A DNA stretch of 64,000 nucleotides from Eledone cirrhosa (Eukaryota): the NCBI GenBank assembly GCA_964016885.1, contig OZ024756.1, forward strand, positions 62,001 through 126,000, given 5' to 3'. Both the position numbers and the translations under genes were made by a program. The notes beneath the pieces are model-generated. The model searched no databases and was not told the origin of the DNA. It was given only the letters and a program-made list of their open reading frames with translations. Within the stretch, counting starts at the first letter, position 1, and each line of letters opens with the position of its first letter. This document shows positions 40,401 to 53,666 of the stretch, piece by piece.

Positions 40401-40788
40401 TCATCATCATCATCATCACCGTTTTACGTCCGTTCTTCCACGCTAGCATGGGTTAGACGGGTTGTCCTGTTGTGGGCAGTGTCTGGTCGGCTGACCATGC
40501 CTTGCTCATACAGGAACTGATCTGGCTTGATTTCTACAGCTGGATGCCCTTCCTAACACCAACCTCATTTACAGTGAGTGCTGGGTGCTTTTTCGTGGCG
40601 CCTACACGTCCACTTTACAGTGTGGGCTGGGTGCTTTTTTGCCGTGGCACCTCCACGACCACCTTGCGGTGGGGGGGGGGGGGGGGGGGCATATTGTTTA
40701 TATGCTTCAGCATGTACCCATGGGAGGTCGGGTACCCTGTATTACTGCGTGACGCCAGAAGTCACGGTCGTGTGTCATTGACTTTGAG

Positions 40789-40790
<2 letters not shown>
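40401..40790 (-). mobile_element. RTE LINE 3' fragment (UTR type A)
   Basis: Reverse complement of 19007-19395. Confidence 0.92.
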
Positions 40791-40866
<76 letters not shown>

Positions 40867-40941
40867 TTTCAAACCTCAATTCCTAATTCTAGCGTATTTT
40901 CAAAACGCCAGAAGTCACGGTCGTGTGTCATTGACTTTGAG

Positions 40942-40999
<58 letters not shown>

Positions 41000-41040
41000 T
41001 TTCAAACCTCAATTCCTAATTCTAGCGTATTTTCAAAACA
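40753..41040. repeat. Tandem duplication of the RTE 5' junction, (TA)n and flank
   Basis: cgccagaagtcacggtcgtgtgtcattgactttgagagg(TA)n gtattttcaaacctcaattcctaattctagcgtattttcaaaac occurs twice. Confidence 0.88.
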
Positions 41041-41469
41041 AAAAACAAAATCCTTTCCTTCTTCCTTAACTCCCGCTTCCTCGACCCCCCCCCCCCCACC
41101 TGCTACTTCGAAGGCATGGCGGTCAAACGCCTAACACACACAATCATCATGCGCCCCCCCCCTCTCTCTCTCTCTCTCTCTATATATATATGATAGGAAT
41201 TCACTTCGCCAAATTTCATTGCTTTGCTGTCTACCCCACGATATTCATGTAACGTAATGTACATATTTTCCTTCATCTCTACCTCCACAACCCATATTTC
41301 GTATCAAGTCCAAATAGCCAATCTATCGCTAAAACAATCTACATTTTTTGTATTTATTAATTGTTAGATACGAAAGTTTTTGGTCGTATTGAACAGAACA
41401 AATTTTGTATTTTTGTTAATCGCTTGTTAAATGTGCAAGGACCCCATTCAATCATTACCTCCTATCTAG

Positions 41470-44400
41470 CTACCCAACACCCCTCCCTCCCGCCCCCACG
41501 CACCACCATTGCTATTACGTGGACCAATCATAAGCCAGAGCCCCCACGCATCACCAGTATTATTACGCGGACCAATCAGAAGCCAGAGGCCTATACTATC
41601 GCTTGCCTGGTTGCCTTTCGATATATGATGGATGGATGGACTGCGGAATCCTGGAGAGTGGAGGAGAGAGAGAGAAAAATCTGGACGCTCAGCGACAATG
41701 CCAAAGATAAAGACAAATTCACCTCTTGGACGAGAATGCGAGCACTCCTCATTGTTTCGACCGCGGACGGCTAACATAACCCCATCGCCCCCAACCCCCA
41801 AACGCAATTCAAAACTTCAGAGTTGGTACCATAAATGTAGGCACCCTAAAGGGTCGCGCTAACGAGGTTGTAGAAATGCTTGAACGTAAGGAGGTCGATG
41901 TTTGTTGTATTCAAGAGACCAGGTGGAGGGGTGGGTCTGCTAGGTTCATTGAGGGTAAAAAACGATGTTATAAGCTTTTCTGGGTGGGAAACGACGATGG
42001 GCTGGGTGGAGTAGGAATCATGGTAGCAGAAAAGTGGGCAGATAAGATAATAGATGTAAATAGAGTGAACGACAGAATAATTAAAATACGACTTGTCCTC
42101 AATAGAACTACGGTGACAGTAATATCTGCGTACGCACCCCAATCCGGACTGCCCGGCACTATAAAAGACAGATTCTATGAGACACTGATGCTAACTACCT
42201 CCCAAATATCCGACAGTGACTATATAATTATTGCAGGCGACCTAAATGGTCACGTTGGACAACATTGTGACGGCTTCGACGAAATCCATGGAGGCTATGG
42301 GTTTGGTACTAGAAATGAGGAAGGCTCCAGAATCCTGGAATTCTGTGATGCAAATAACCTAACTATCTGTAACACTAACTTCAAAAAACGTGACAATCAC
42401 CTGATCACCTATAGATCCGGGGAACACACAAGCCAGGTAGATTATATCCTTACCAGAAGACGTGACAGAGTGTCTGTTGTAAACACTAAATCCCTCCCCC
42501 ATGAAGAATGCACCTCCCAACATAGACTGATAATTAGCGACCTCATAGTCAGGACGAGACGTACTCGACAGCAGAAGAGGACTATCCTCAGGAGAAAAAT
42601 ATGGAAGCTAAAGGACCCCACAGCCAGGAATAAATTTCAAAGCATATTACTTGATGCTTTCGACAGTAAGGAAGAACATTTAGAGTCGGACAATATAGAG
42701 GGAGAGTGGGAATTTCTGAAAGCAAACCTGCTGTTGGCGACAGACGAAGTGTGTGGCTGGAGCAGGCCGGTAGGCAGGAGGAGAGTAACATGGTGGTGGA
42801 ACAGTAAGGTGGAGGGGTCAATTAAGGCCAAAAAGCAGGCTTGGAAAGTATGGCGGGATGGGGGAAGTAGAGAAGACTATCAAGTGGCCAGGAGGGAAGC
42901 TAGGAGACAAGTGTACTTAGCAAGAAGGGAAGCTGAGGAAAGAAAGTTCAAGCATGTTCTACAACGCGATGACCAAAAACGTGAGGTGTTCAGGATTGCT
43001 AGGCAATGCGTCAAGGAAAACCGTGATATTGTCGGGGAGAAGTGTGTACTAAACGACGATGGCACACTTGCCATCACCGACGCTGATAAGAAGGTAGCTT
43101 GGAAGTGTCACTATGAAAGGCTACTAAATGAGGAGAATAAATGGGAGAAAGACAGTCTCCCCCATATCGACCCAATAGAGGGACCAGCAGTGTTAGTCGA
43201 GGGGAGTATAATAAGTAAGGCAATCAAGGATATGAAGACGGGTAAGGCGGCTGGGCCTTCGGAAATAGTTGCTGAGATGCTGAAGGCATCTGGCACGGTG
43301 GGACACACCATGGTCACCCGCATAGTTAACCAAGTCGTACAGAATGGGGTTGTTCCGAAGGACTGGCATAGCAGCATCATCGTTAACTGTTATAAGGGTA
43401 AAGGAGACGCCCTAGATAGGAGTAACTATAGAGGCATTAAATTAATTGACCAGGTCATGAAGGTCACGGAAAAAGTAATAGCGCAACTAATCAGAGAGAG
43501 AATTGACCTAGATGAAATGCAGTTCGGGTTTGTGTCAGGCAAAAGTACCACAGACGCTCTTTTCATAGTACGACAACTACAGGAGAAGTACCTAGCTAAA
43601 GGTAAACCCCTCTACTTAGCTTTTGTCGACTTGGAGAAGAAATTCCAAACATGGAAGCACGGCCTAGAGTCAAAAGGACTTAAAATTAACCTGGCTAAGA
43701 CCAAAGTTCTAGTTTGTAGGAAAGAAAACAAGGCGGCGATCCCTTCTGGGAAATGGTCGTGCTCGGTGTGTAGGAAAGGCGTAGGTAGAAACTCCATTTT
43801 ATGTCCTAAATGCAAAGTATGGGTGCATAAAAAATGTAGTGGGATCACAGGTAAGCTAACTAAGAACATAGATTTTACATGTGGCCGGTGTTCTGGTGCA
43901 ATAAGTAGCAGCAAGTGCCCACAAAATACTAGCTCTTTCAATTGCGCAGAGGGTTCTATAGAAATAGTGGACAGCTTCCGTTACCTGGGCGATAAAATCA
44001 GCAGTGGGGGAGGGTGCTCTGAAAGTACTGTAGCTAGAGTCAGAACTGGTTGGAAAAAGTTCAGAGAGCTTATACCACTATTAGCTGCTAAAGGGTTCTC
44101 CCTAAAAATGAAAGGCAGGTTGTACGATGCCTGCATACGAACAGCAATGCTGCATACGAACAGCAATGCTGCAAGGCAGTGAGACCTGGGCATTGTGTGC
44201 AGAGGATATACGCAGACTAGAGAGGAACGAAGCTTGCATGCTCCGCTGGATGTGTAACAGTAATATACGTGAACGGCAAAGCATAAACGAACTAAGGAAA
44301 AAATTAGAGATAAGAGGGATCAGATGTTGTTTACTCGAGAGAAGGCTACGTTGGTATGGACACGTGATGCGCATGAAAGTCGATAGCTGTATAACAAAGT

Positions 44401-44943
44401 GCAGGGCAATAAAGATAGACGGTAGTCACGGAATAGGCAGACCTAGAAAAACCTGGGACGAGCTGATAAACTCCGACATCACACACTTACACCTCTCCAA
44501 GACAATGTCACTGGACCGAGACCTTTGGCGGTACTCAGTAACAGAGAAGACCCGCCTTACCTAAATATATAGTAAAACCTACTCCAGCCAGTAGGCATCT
44601 CTAACAAAATACACCCCGTCCCACCACCACCACCCCATCCACACCACCCTGTTCTATGTAAAGTTATGTTGGTGCCGCGCCATCCAGGCCGAAACAAATG
44701 AGATCGTGTAGGTGTCACGACAAAAAACACACAGTCCACGCTGTAATGTGGCCGTGTAGGCAACACGGTAAAAACCTCCCAGACCCACACTGTAAATGTG
44801 GTTGGTGTTAGGAAGGGCATCCAACTGTAGAAAACCTGCCAGACAGTCCTATGCGAGCAAGACAATCACTCTTGCCTCAAGTGGGACTACCCCCGTCCAA
44901 ACCCATGCAAGCGTGGAACACGGACGTTAAATGTTGATGATGA
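41470..44943 (+). mobile_element. Near full-length RTE-clade LINE (3' UTR type B) with internal RT deletion
   Basis: APE endonuclease (GTINVGTL, IQETRW, SAYAPQ, GDLNGH, VDYIL, SQHR), RT N-terminus (YRGIKL, QFGF), PHD-like finger, RLRWYGHVMR; (GAT)n tail. 5' boundary is approximate. Confidence 0.95.
41815..44564 (+). pseudogene. RTE endonuclease-RT ORF, disabled
   Basis: FVDLEK is fused directly to KFQTW at about 43640, so the QG and YADD motifs are missing. A 19-bp tandem duplication at 44132-44169 causes a frameshift. Confidence 0.92.
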
Positions 44944-45069
44944 TATTTGAGTATGTGTTAGTTGGTTACCAATACTTCACTATGCAGGGTAGAGCACTCA
45001 ATGAAGTGAGCAGGTGGTCTGTTTACTCTGGATTAATTTTAACCTGTTGACTTACACACATATATATAT

Positions 45070-45501
45070 ATCAAAGTAGAAGGGATATTTAATTTGTTGG
45101 AAATTCAACAAATATAAATGTTTATAACTGATTCAGAGCACTCGACAGATTTCTGGAGTAAATATTCAATGATATTAAATAAATGGAAACTATATTTATA
45201 AAACCATATTTATTCTATTATATATATTTCAAGGGTACCAAAAACTTTGGTACGCTTTCATCAGATAAAATACAAAGTGTGTTTTATAAATTTTGACATA
45301 GCCAAGGAAATCATACCTTATCAGTTGAATTTTCCTTGGATAGGAAAATTCAACTGATAAGGTATGATTTCCTTGGCTATGTCAAAATTTATAAAACACA
45401 CTTTGTATTTCATCTGATGAAACCAAAGTTTTTGGTACCCTTGAAATATATATAATAGAATAAATATGGTTTTATAAATATAGTTTCCATTTATTTAATA
45501 T

Positions 45502-45506
<5 letters not shown>
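45070..45506 (-). mobile_element. Hammerhead-bearing palindrome (arms about 165-170 bp, 5-nt spacer) plus about 95-bp tail
   Basis: Arms 45167-45336 and 45342-45506; homologous to 16005-16455 in outer arms and tail. Confidence 0.82.
45211..45272 (-). ncRNA. Minimal type-I hammerhead ribozyme motif
   Basis: TATTTTAT-CTGATGA-AAGCGTACCAAA-GTT-TTTGGTACCCTT-GAAA-TATATA-TA-ATAGAATA: palindromic stem III (ATATATAT), 8-bp stem I. Confidence 0.78.
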
Positions 45507-45545
<39 letters not shown>

Positions 45546-46044
45546 ACTTCTTATACTAGCAGAAAAATTGCTTTGCAGGTAGTTTTCTGCTAGCATGTGT
45601 AGTGTGAATATTGATATTATACGCAAGTATATATACATGTAGATATGATACATCAAATAAAATCGTAATTGACAATATACACAGAAACTGAACAAAGACT
45701 GTAACACTCTCTTCAGTAAATAATCCATGATACATTTAAAAAAGACGATATTATATATAAACTGCATTACGGTGAAATGTTTATGAAAACGAAAGAGGAG
45801 AAGAAAATTAGCGACAGAAATATAAACGTTATGATATAATGAATGCTAACAGAAGTTGACATTTGGAAGTTTAAACAGAAGTGAATATTGAAATCAGTAA
45901 AACATTATATATAAGATTATTTATGCTTCATCAAGAGCTAAAAAATTTAGTAGATAAATTACATAATATTTATTCATGGTTTGTTCAATGGAATCCAACT
46001 TATTTTAATAACGTGATGTAAAATGATAAATTGGATAGTCTCAC

Positions 46045-46085
46045 AGTTCTCCAATCATCATATATATAAGATATAGAAATGACTT
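46045..46085 (-). other. Candidate 41-nt exon
   Basis: Acceptor atttcttcttattctgtag|, donor ACT|gtgaga; frame unresolved. Confidence 0.25.
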
Positions 46086-46370
46086 CTACAGAATAAGAAG
46101 AAATGTATAATTTGTATGAAATTACCAGAATATATATACATATATATATACATACACAGATGGTAGTATTGAAAACTCCATTGTATCTATAGCATTATAT
46201 ACATGTTTATAGGTAAGTCTGTATACACACATTTGTTACAGAAAATTGTTTTATCTTCATATTTCTGCAGTTTTTACAAAACTGAAAGGACTGTGTTTAA
46301 ATGATTAAATAGACTTGAAAATAACCAATAATAATAATATTAATAATTATAAAAATAAAATGTAACTCAC

Positions 46371-46407
46371 AAAGATACACATATTGATGTTTTCTTTTGA
46401 AAGCCAG
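46371..46407 (-). other. Candidate 37-nt exon
   Basis: Strong acceptor ttttttttattttacag| and donor TTT|gtgagt; all three frames open. Confidence 0.4.
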
Positions 46408-46449
46408 CTGTAAAATAAAAAAAAACACATTTAATTTATATATTCATAC

Positions 46450-46484
<35 letters not shown>

Positions 46485-46614
46485 ATATTTTACACATATA
46501 TATATATGTACACACAAAAATATATATATAAGCACACAAACCTAGACACACACACACATATATGCACCCAAACTTACACACACACATACATGCACCCAAA
46601 CATATATATATATA

Positions 46615-46855
46615 TGATAAAAGTCAACAAAGTAAATCAACAGAAGGCAACAATCAATACAGTAGAATGATGATATATATTAGTTTAATACTTGGTAGAG
46701 TGGGAAAAGATCATGACGTTTTGGATATTAGTCTTTCATCAGAAGACAGAAGGGGAGATAGCAGAAGAAATATAAAGATAAAGAAGAAAACAAAGAAAAT
46801 GGGAAGACATCTTTTATAGGAGAAATACACATTTAGTTTTAAAAATGGCTAACTA
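46615..46855 (-). mobile_element. Probable Penelope-like pLTR remnant with degenerate hammerhead
   Basis: Minus strand TCTT-CTGATGA-AAGACTAATATCC-AAAA-CG-TC-ATGA at 46711-46746 (G12 mutated, ACGT palindromic stem III). Confidence 0.45.
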
Positions 46856-46936
46856 CATACATACACACACACACACATATGTATATATACATACACACAC
46901 AATTATATATATATATATATATACATACATACACAC

Positions 46937-46973
<37 letters not shown>

Positions 46974-46994
46974 CACACACACACACACATTATA

Positions 46995-47335
46995 TCATCA
47001 TCATCCTCATTTTACGTCCACTTTTCCCTGCTTGCAAGGGTGGGACGGGAACTGATTCTGGCTTGATTTCTACAGCTGGATCTGGATGCCCTTCCTAACA
47101 CCAACCTCATTTACAGTGAGTGCTGGGTGCTTTTTTCCGCGGCACCTACAAAACCACTTTGCAGTGGAATGATAGGGACCCCAGTCCCTATCATCTCATT
47201 TCTACAGCTGAGTAAACTGGAGCAATGTGAAATAAAGTGTCTTGCTCAAGGAAACAACACATCACCCGGTTTGAGAATTGAACTCACAACCTTTCGATTG
47301 CAAGCCCAATGCTCTAATCACTAAGCCATGTGCCT

Positions 47336-47338
<3 letters not shown>
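46995..47338 (-). mobile_element. Full-length SINE S2
   Basis: Reverse complement of 23984-24329. Confidence 0.92.
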
Positions 47339-47381
<43 letters not shown>

Positions 47382-48096
47382 TCTTTACCATTTTTACCCC
47401 TCTTTTTCATTAACATACTTCTGAAGAGAGAGAAAAGGAGAGAGAGAGAGATAGATAGAGAGAGAGATATATAGAAATAGAGAGAGAATGCTCATCACAG
47501 ATATAATGGTTACTCCATAATTACTCGTTAGCCAGAAGCAATGAACACAAACGACACAATAATGTCAGGCAGAGATTTTGTTGTTTTCCTTATCAGAAAT
47601 AGGAATATGTCTTGCTTTATATGAATAGAACTCTTCTATTCCACCCCCTTTGTCTGTGTGCGGTGGGGGAGGAGGGGCTTCTGTTGATGTATTATCACCA
47701 ACACTATCAACATCATCATGGTCACATACATACTCTCTCCCACAACTTACACTAACCATCACCAACACTAAATTCATCATCATCACCACCACCATCACCG
47801 CACTGGCCATTATCACCCACCCACACTATCACCATCATCACCTCACCACCACTACCATTATCACACTGGTCATTGTCACCCACCCACACCACCACCACCA
47901 ACATCATCATCATCACTATCACCACAACCATCACACTGGCCATTCTCACCCACCCACACCACCACTATCATCATCACCATCACTACACTGGCCATTCTCA
48001 CCCACCCACACCACCACTATCATCATCACCATCACTACACTGGCCATTGTCAGCCACCCCCACCACTCATCTTTTTACCTAAGTATGTACAATGTT

Positions 48097-48245
48097 TCTA
48101 CCTCCTCTAGTTCTACCACCAGACAGACCACCTCCTCTAGTTCTACCACCAGACAGACCACCTCCTCTAGTTCTACCACCAAACAGACCACCTCCTCTAG
48201 TTCTACCACCAGACAGACCACCTCCTCTAGTTCTACCACCAGACC
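48097..48245. repeat. 30-bp tandem repeat, 5 copies
   Basis: CCTCCTCTAGTTCTACCACCAGACAGACCA. Confidence 0.95.
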
Positions 48246-48327
48246 AGACTTTAAGTAGACCAGACATTTTACGGATTTGAAGAAAAAGAAGAAAAAACAG
48301 AATTAGAATTAATTTAATGAAAATAAT

Positions 48328-48818
48328 GGTTTCTAATTTAGGCACAGGGCCAACAATTTGGGGGTAAGGGGAAAAATCGATTAAATCAACTCCAGTGCAT
48401 TACTGGTATTTTATTTTATCAACCCCGTAAGGATGAAAGGCAAAGTTAACCTCAGTGGGATTTGAATTTAGTATATGACACCCCACCCCATCCTCCCATC
48501 TCTGTCCACTGTATCGGTGACACAACAAAAAGCACCCAGTCTACACTGTAAAGTAGCCATGTAGGAGACACGGTAAAAAGGCTCCCAGTCCACACTGTAA
48601 ATGTGGTTGGTGTTAGGAAGGGCATCCAGCCATAGAAAACCTGCCAGAGACACTTCTGTACGAGCGAGACACGGTCACCAGACCAATCAAATGGAACAAA
48701 ACCGTCTAACCCATGCTAGTGTGGAAGATGGACTTAAAACGATGATGATGATGTAAAGGGCCGTAACTTTCTGCCGTGAAGTAGGTTGTCCAACGCTCTA
48801 CCATTACTGCCAATCCAA
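48328..48818 (-). mobile_element. SINE S1 interrupted by an RTE-type 3' tail (48478-48752, + strand)
   Basis: S1 reads ...gggatttgaatttag | insert ending (gat)n | gtaaagggccgtaac...actgccaatcc. Confidence 0.8.
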
Positions 48819-48827
48819 ATAATGATA

Positions 48828-49628
48828 ATTTCCTTATTAGCCACACAGGGCTCACATTAAGGAAACTATAAAGACGGTACAGAACGTTACAGTGTGGGGT
48901 TCTTTGTGTAAAATAAAATTTATAAAAAAGACTAAGAAATTAAACATTTAAAACAAACATAACTTCCCCAAAAGTGAGGAGACTAAGTGTCACTCGTGTA
49001 GAAATCCCACAAAAGTCACCCTGTCCGCTAGGGCAAAGTGCCCTCTCCCAGTCTTTCTTCTCCAATCTACAGGTGTATGCTCCATTCACACGGACCATGC
49101 TCACCTCTCTCACCCACCTTTCAACAAACTGGTTGGAAGGCAGCACTTCCTCCTCCTCCACCCTGTTTTTCCTCTTCAAGTGAAATCTGAAAAAGTTAAT
49201 CAGGGCTTCGCCAAAGAGGAAGATGGCTGTTGTTAACCCTTTCAAACGTGTTCACCACATGACCTCTTTCGCCATAGCCACCAAGCAGATAAAAACTGTC
49301 TGCCCTACAAGTGACAGCAGGTGCTCGTCATAAACCCACAGGTCAGCAATACTCGGACACTCGACGAGTGCGTGCAGGGCGGCTTCGTCACTCTGCACGC
49401 ACCTCGGACAGGCCAGACTCATGGCACTTTTATTCCTGTAGAGTTTATCTCGAACTGGCAGAGCTCCTCGGTAACACTGCCAGGCCAGGGATTTCTGAAA
49501 GTTGTCCATGGATCCTGGACCAAAAGTCCTCTGGAAAAGAGTGGCTAGTTGATTTTTGTCAATGGCCAGAGTCTCCCTGAGGATGTCATCGTTCTTACCC
49601 TCCAGTAACCCTTTACAGAAGGCTAAGC
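48828..49628 (-). mobile_element. Decayed L1/Tx1-type LINE 3' fragment
   Basis: SLAWQCYRGALPVRDKLY..CPRCVQSDEAALHALVECP; homologous to 30530-31360. Confidence 0.8.
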
Positions 49629-49907
49629 TGGAATAATTATTAAAAGGGAAGAAAAAAAATAATTGACAATTTTCAAAAACATTATGGTTTTTTGTCTTAC
49701 TACTACTGCTGCTACTACTACTACTACTGCCACTACTACTACTTCTACTACTACTGCCACTACTACTACTACTTCTACTGCCACTACTACCGCTACTACC
49801 ATTAAATTGTCAGCAATTGGTAGAGCGTCAGAGAAAATACTGTGCTATTATGATGGTGGTGGTGGTTGTGATGATAATGATGATGATGGTGGTGGTGGTT
49901 GTGATGA

Positions 49908-49941
<34 letters not shown>

Positions 49942-50048
49942 GGTGATATTGGTCATGATGACAATGGTGGTGGTGGTGGTGATCTATGATGGTGATGGTG
50001 AGAGGTTAGAGAGAGAGAAAGGAAGAAAAAGAGAAAAAGAGGATATAG

Positions 50049-50114
<66 letters not shown>

Positions 50115-50373
50115 GGGACAGCCGAGGATCTGAGTGTGGAATAAGTGGTTAAGAACATGGATGGTTTCATGTATGATTGCCATGGATATGGAGAAGTTAA
50201 GAAGATAAGATAAGAAATAAGCGTGAATTTGGTTAAAGAGAGCTCAACAGTCATGTCTGTCAGATAACATTCCTAATGTCACAGAAGGACAATTATGAAC
50301 CAAACCACATTAAACCACTCCTAATTCTGTCATACAAAACTTTAAAGCTTTCCTAGACTAATTAATACTTCCT

Positions 50374-50607
50374 TAACCCTTTCATCTCCACATTTTTAAT
50401 GGTTTACACTATTTTAATTAATTAATGAAGAATTTTGAGGGATTTACTAACATTATTAATCATTTCATTACTAAGTAACTTAATATAAGGTTCTTATATA
50501 AAATTACATTGGAAGATTTTAATTTAAATTGGAAACCTTTGAAATGGGAAGCTTTATATCAAAGACCAAGAGCTGGTTTTGGCTGGATTAGTAACAAAAG
50601 AGTTAAC
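50374..50607. mobile_element. MITE-like element with TTAA-CCCTTT...AAAGAG-TTAA ends (piggyBac-like termini)
   Basis: Terminal TTAACCCTTTC and AAAAGAGTTAA; related sequence at 35.1-35.5k, 51.95-52.25k, 56.05-56.16k and 63.92k. Confidence 0.5.
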
Positions 50608-50677
50608 TTATATCAGTTCCTATCTAATTACTTCAACCACAAGCCACCAGTTAGGGTAATATTTTAAAACTACAAGT

Positions 50678-51952
50678 AACCCTTTCATTACCATATTTCT
50701 AATAAAAGACTACCTATGTCATCAACCCTTTCATTACCATATTTCTAATGAAAGACACTGTCTATGTCTTTAACCCTTTCATTACCATATTTCTAATGAA
50801 AGACACTGTCTATGTGATCAACCCTTTCATTACCATATTTCTAATGAAAGACACTGTCTATGACATTAACCCTTTCATTACCATATTTCTAATGAAAGAC
50901 ACTGTCTATGTCATTAACCCTTTCATTACCATATTTCTAATAAAAGACACTGTCTGTCTTTAACCCTTTCATTACCATATTTCTAATGAAAGACACTGTC
51001 TATGTCTTTAACCCTTTCATTACCATATTTCTAATGAAAGACACTGTCTATGACATTAACCCTTTCATTACCATATTTCTAATGAAAGACACTGTCTATG
51101 TCTTTAACCCTTTCATTACCATATTTCTAATGAAAGACACTGTCTATGTCATTAACCCTTTCATTTCCATATTTCTAATGTAAGACACTGTCTATGTCTT
51201 TAACCCTTTCATTACCATATTTCTAATGAAAGACACTGTCTATGACATCAACCCTTTCATTACCATATTTCTAATAAAAGACACTGTCTATGTCATTAAC
51301 CCTTTCATTACCATATTTCTAATGTAAGACACTGTCTATGTCATTAACCCTTTCATTAATATATTTCTAATGTAAGACACTGTCTATGTCTTTAACCCTT
51401 TCATTACCATATTTCTATCGGTAGAGGGTTGGACGCCATGCTTTCTAGCATAGTTACGTCCCTTTTACAGTCTGAGTTCAAATCCCGCCGAGATTAACTT
51501 TGCCTTTCATCCTTACGGGGTCGATAAAATAAAGTACCAGTAATGTACTGGATAATTGCTGGCCTTGTGCCTAAAGTAGAAACAATTACCATATTTCTAA
51601 TGTAAGACACTACCTATGTCTTTAACCCTTTCATTACCATGTTTCTAATGAAAGACACTGTCTATGTCATTAACCCTTTCATTACCATATTTCTAATGTA
51701 AGACACTGTCTATGTCATTAACACTTTCATTACCATATTTCTAATGTAAGACACTGTCTATGTCATTAACCCTTAAATTACCATGTTTCTAATGTAAGAC
51801 ACTGTCTATGTCATTAACCCTTTCATTACCATATTTCTAATGTAAGACACTGTCTATGTCTTTAACCATTTCATTACCATAATTCTAATGAAAGACACTG
51901 TCTATGTCACTAACCCTTTCATTACCATGTTTCTAATGAAAGACACTGCCTG
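50678..51952. repeat. 48-bp minisatellite built from the MITE-like terminus
   Basis: TTAACCCTTTCATTACCATATTTCTAATGAAAGACACTGTCTATGTCA, about 23 copies. Confidence 0.95.
51416..51588 (+). mobile_element. 5'-truncated SINE S1 inserted in the satellite, with about 15-bp TSD
   Basis: Flanked on both sides by ATTACCATATTTCTA. Confidence 0.9.
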
Positions 51953-52720
51953 TGATTTTAAAATAAATTTGAAAACAGTTTTTTAATGGATTTAATCCAA
52001 TTGCTAAACTTCCTTATTGAGTTTGAAATGTAGTTAAAAAAAATTTCTTGTATAAAAATTATGATGGGAAATTTTAAATTTAAATAAATAGCTTTGGTAT
52101 CGAAAGTTAAAAACAGGTTTGTATCATAGAACCAGGGGTAGTTTTAACAGGTTTGTATCAGTAGCAGGGGTAGTTTTAACTGGTTTGTATTATAGAACCT
52201 CAGGTAGTTTTAACAGATTTGTATCAAGTGATTTGTTCTGGAAAGAGGATTAAATGTAAGTAAGATTTAATAAAAGTTCTCTTGACATCTACTAACAGAC
52301 TAGAGAGATAATAATAGTTAAAAAGGTTTATTTATAGCCAGTGTAGCAGGTAGTAATGGTAACAGCAGCTGAGACTGAAATATTTCTATTGTTATCATGG
52401 AGTGGTGAGTCATTCAGTTGAATGAACTTATTTCTTCTGGCTTCAGATTCACAGTTCAAATGCAGCTGAGGTCAACCATCACTTTTGTTCTTTTGGGGGT
52501 AAATACTTAAAGCTTTGTGTGTAAATTTGGGAGACAGACACTACAAAGAAGCCCATTTGTGTGTGTATGATCCCAAGTGAAACAGTTCTAGTCCTGTAGA
52601 AGCCATTTCTCACTCACTCTCTCTCATATATATTCAGTGTTTTGTAACAATTCGATTAGTATCTGCTATATTGTGGCTACAACTGTGATTTATACCTAGT
52701 ATTATTATAATTACATATAG

Positions 52721-52912
52721 GGCGGTGGTTTGGGAGTATCGGTAGAGGGTCGGACGCCATGCTTTGCAGCACAGTTACGTCCCTTTACGGACTGAGTTTA
52801 AATCCCGCCGAGGTTAACTTTGCCTTTCATCCTTACGGGGGTCGATTAAATAAAGTACCAGTAATACACTGGGATAATTGCTGGCCTTGTGCCAAAAGTA
52901 AAAACAATTATT
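52721..52912 (+). mobile_element. SINE S1
   Basis: GGCGGTGGTTTGGGAGTATCGGTAGAGGG...GCCTTTCATCCTTACGGGGGTCGAT. Confidence 0.88.
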
Positions 52913-53267
52913 ATAATTATATATATATATATATACCTATATATGTATATATACACAGACACATATATATAGGACTTTAAATTGATAAGATGCTAATGCC
53001 TAGAAGTCATTGCAATTATTTTGTTGTTGTTGAGAAAAGTTGCTCAATAATAAAGAGAGTCTGTGGCTGCAGCTGGAACTGTGAGATCTTGATAGAATAC
53101 TTTGTATTGTTGATCAGAACGTATGGTTACAGTCACAGTTCATGTAACAACAGTCAGGATTACAGCACCACCACTATCACTACCCCTGCTGCTGTTGCTA
53201 CTACTAGTACTACAAGGTTTTAAGCTAAGGACTGAAAACAATCCATGAGAATATATATATATATATA

Positions 53268-53455
53268 TCATCATCATCATCATCATTTTACGTCCGCTTT
53301 TCCCTCAGTCCCTATCATCTCATTTCTACAGCTGAGTAAACTGGAGCAATGTGAAATAAAGTGTCTTGCTCAAGGAAACAACACATCACCCAGTCTGAGA
53401 ATTGAACTCACAACCTTTTGATTGCAAGCCCAATGCTCTAACCACTAAGCCATGT
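53268..53455 (-). mobile_element. Internally deleted SINE S2
   Basis: Tail end ttttacgtccgcttttccct joined directly to cagtccctatcatctc. Confidence 0.85.
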
Positions 53456-53666
53456 ATCACATACAATCAGAGACACCATGACACCACATTGCCCCACCTC
53501 TCTGATCCACCCACCACAACCATGACACCACAGTGTCTGTTTCTAACAAATCCATCCTTGCCCCTCCTCCCCGATCCACTCACACACACACCACAGCATT
53601 AGATAACTGAAATCTCTGGTCATGACATCATCATCATCATCTGATTAAGGCCAGGGAGCTACTTAC

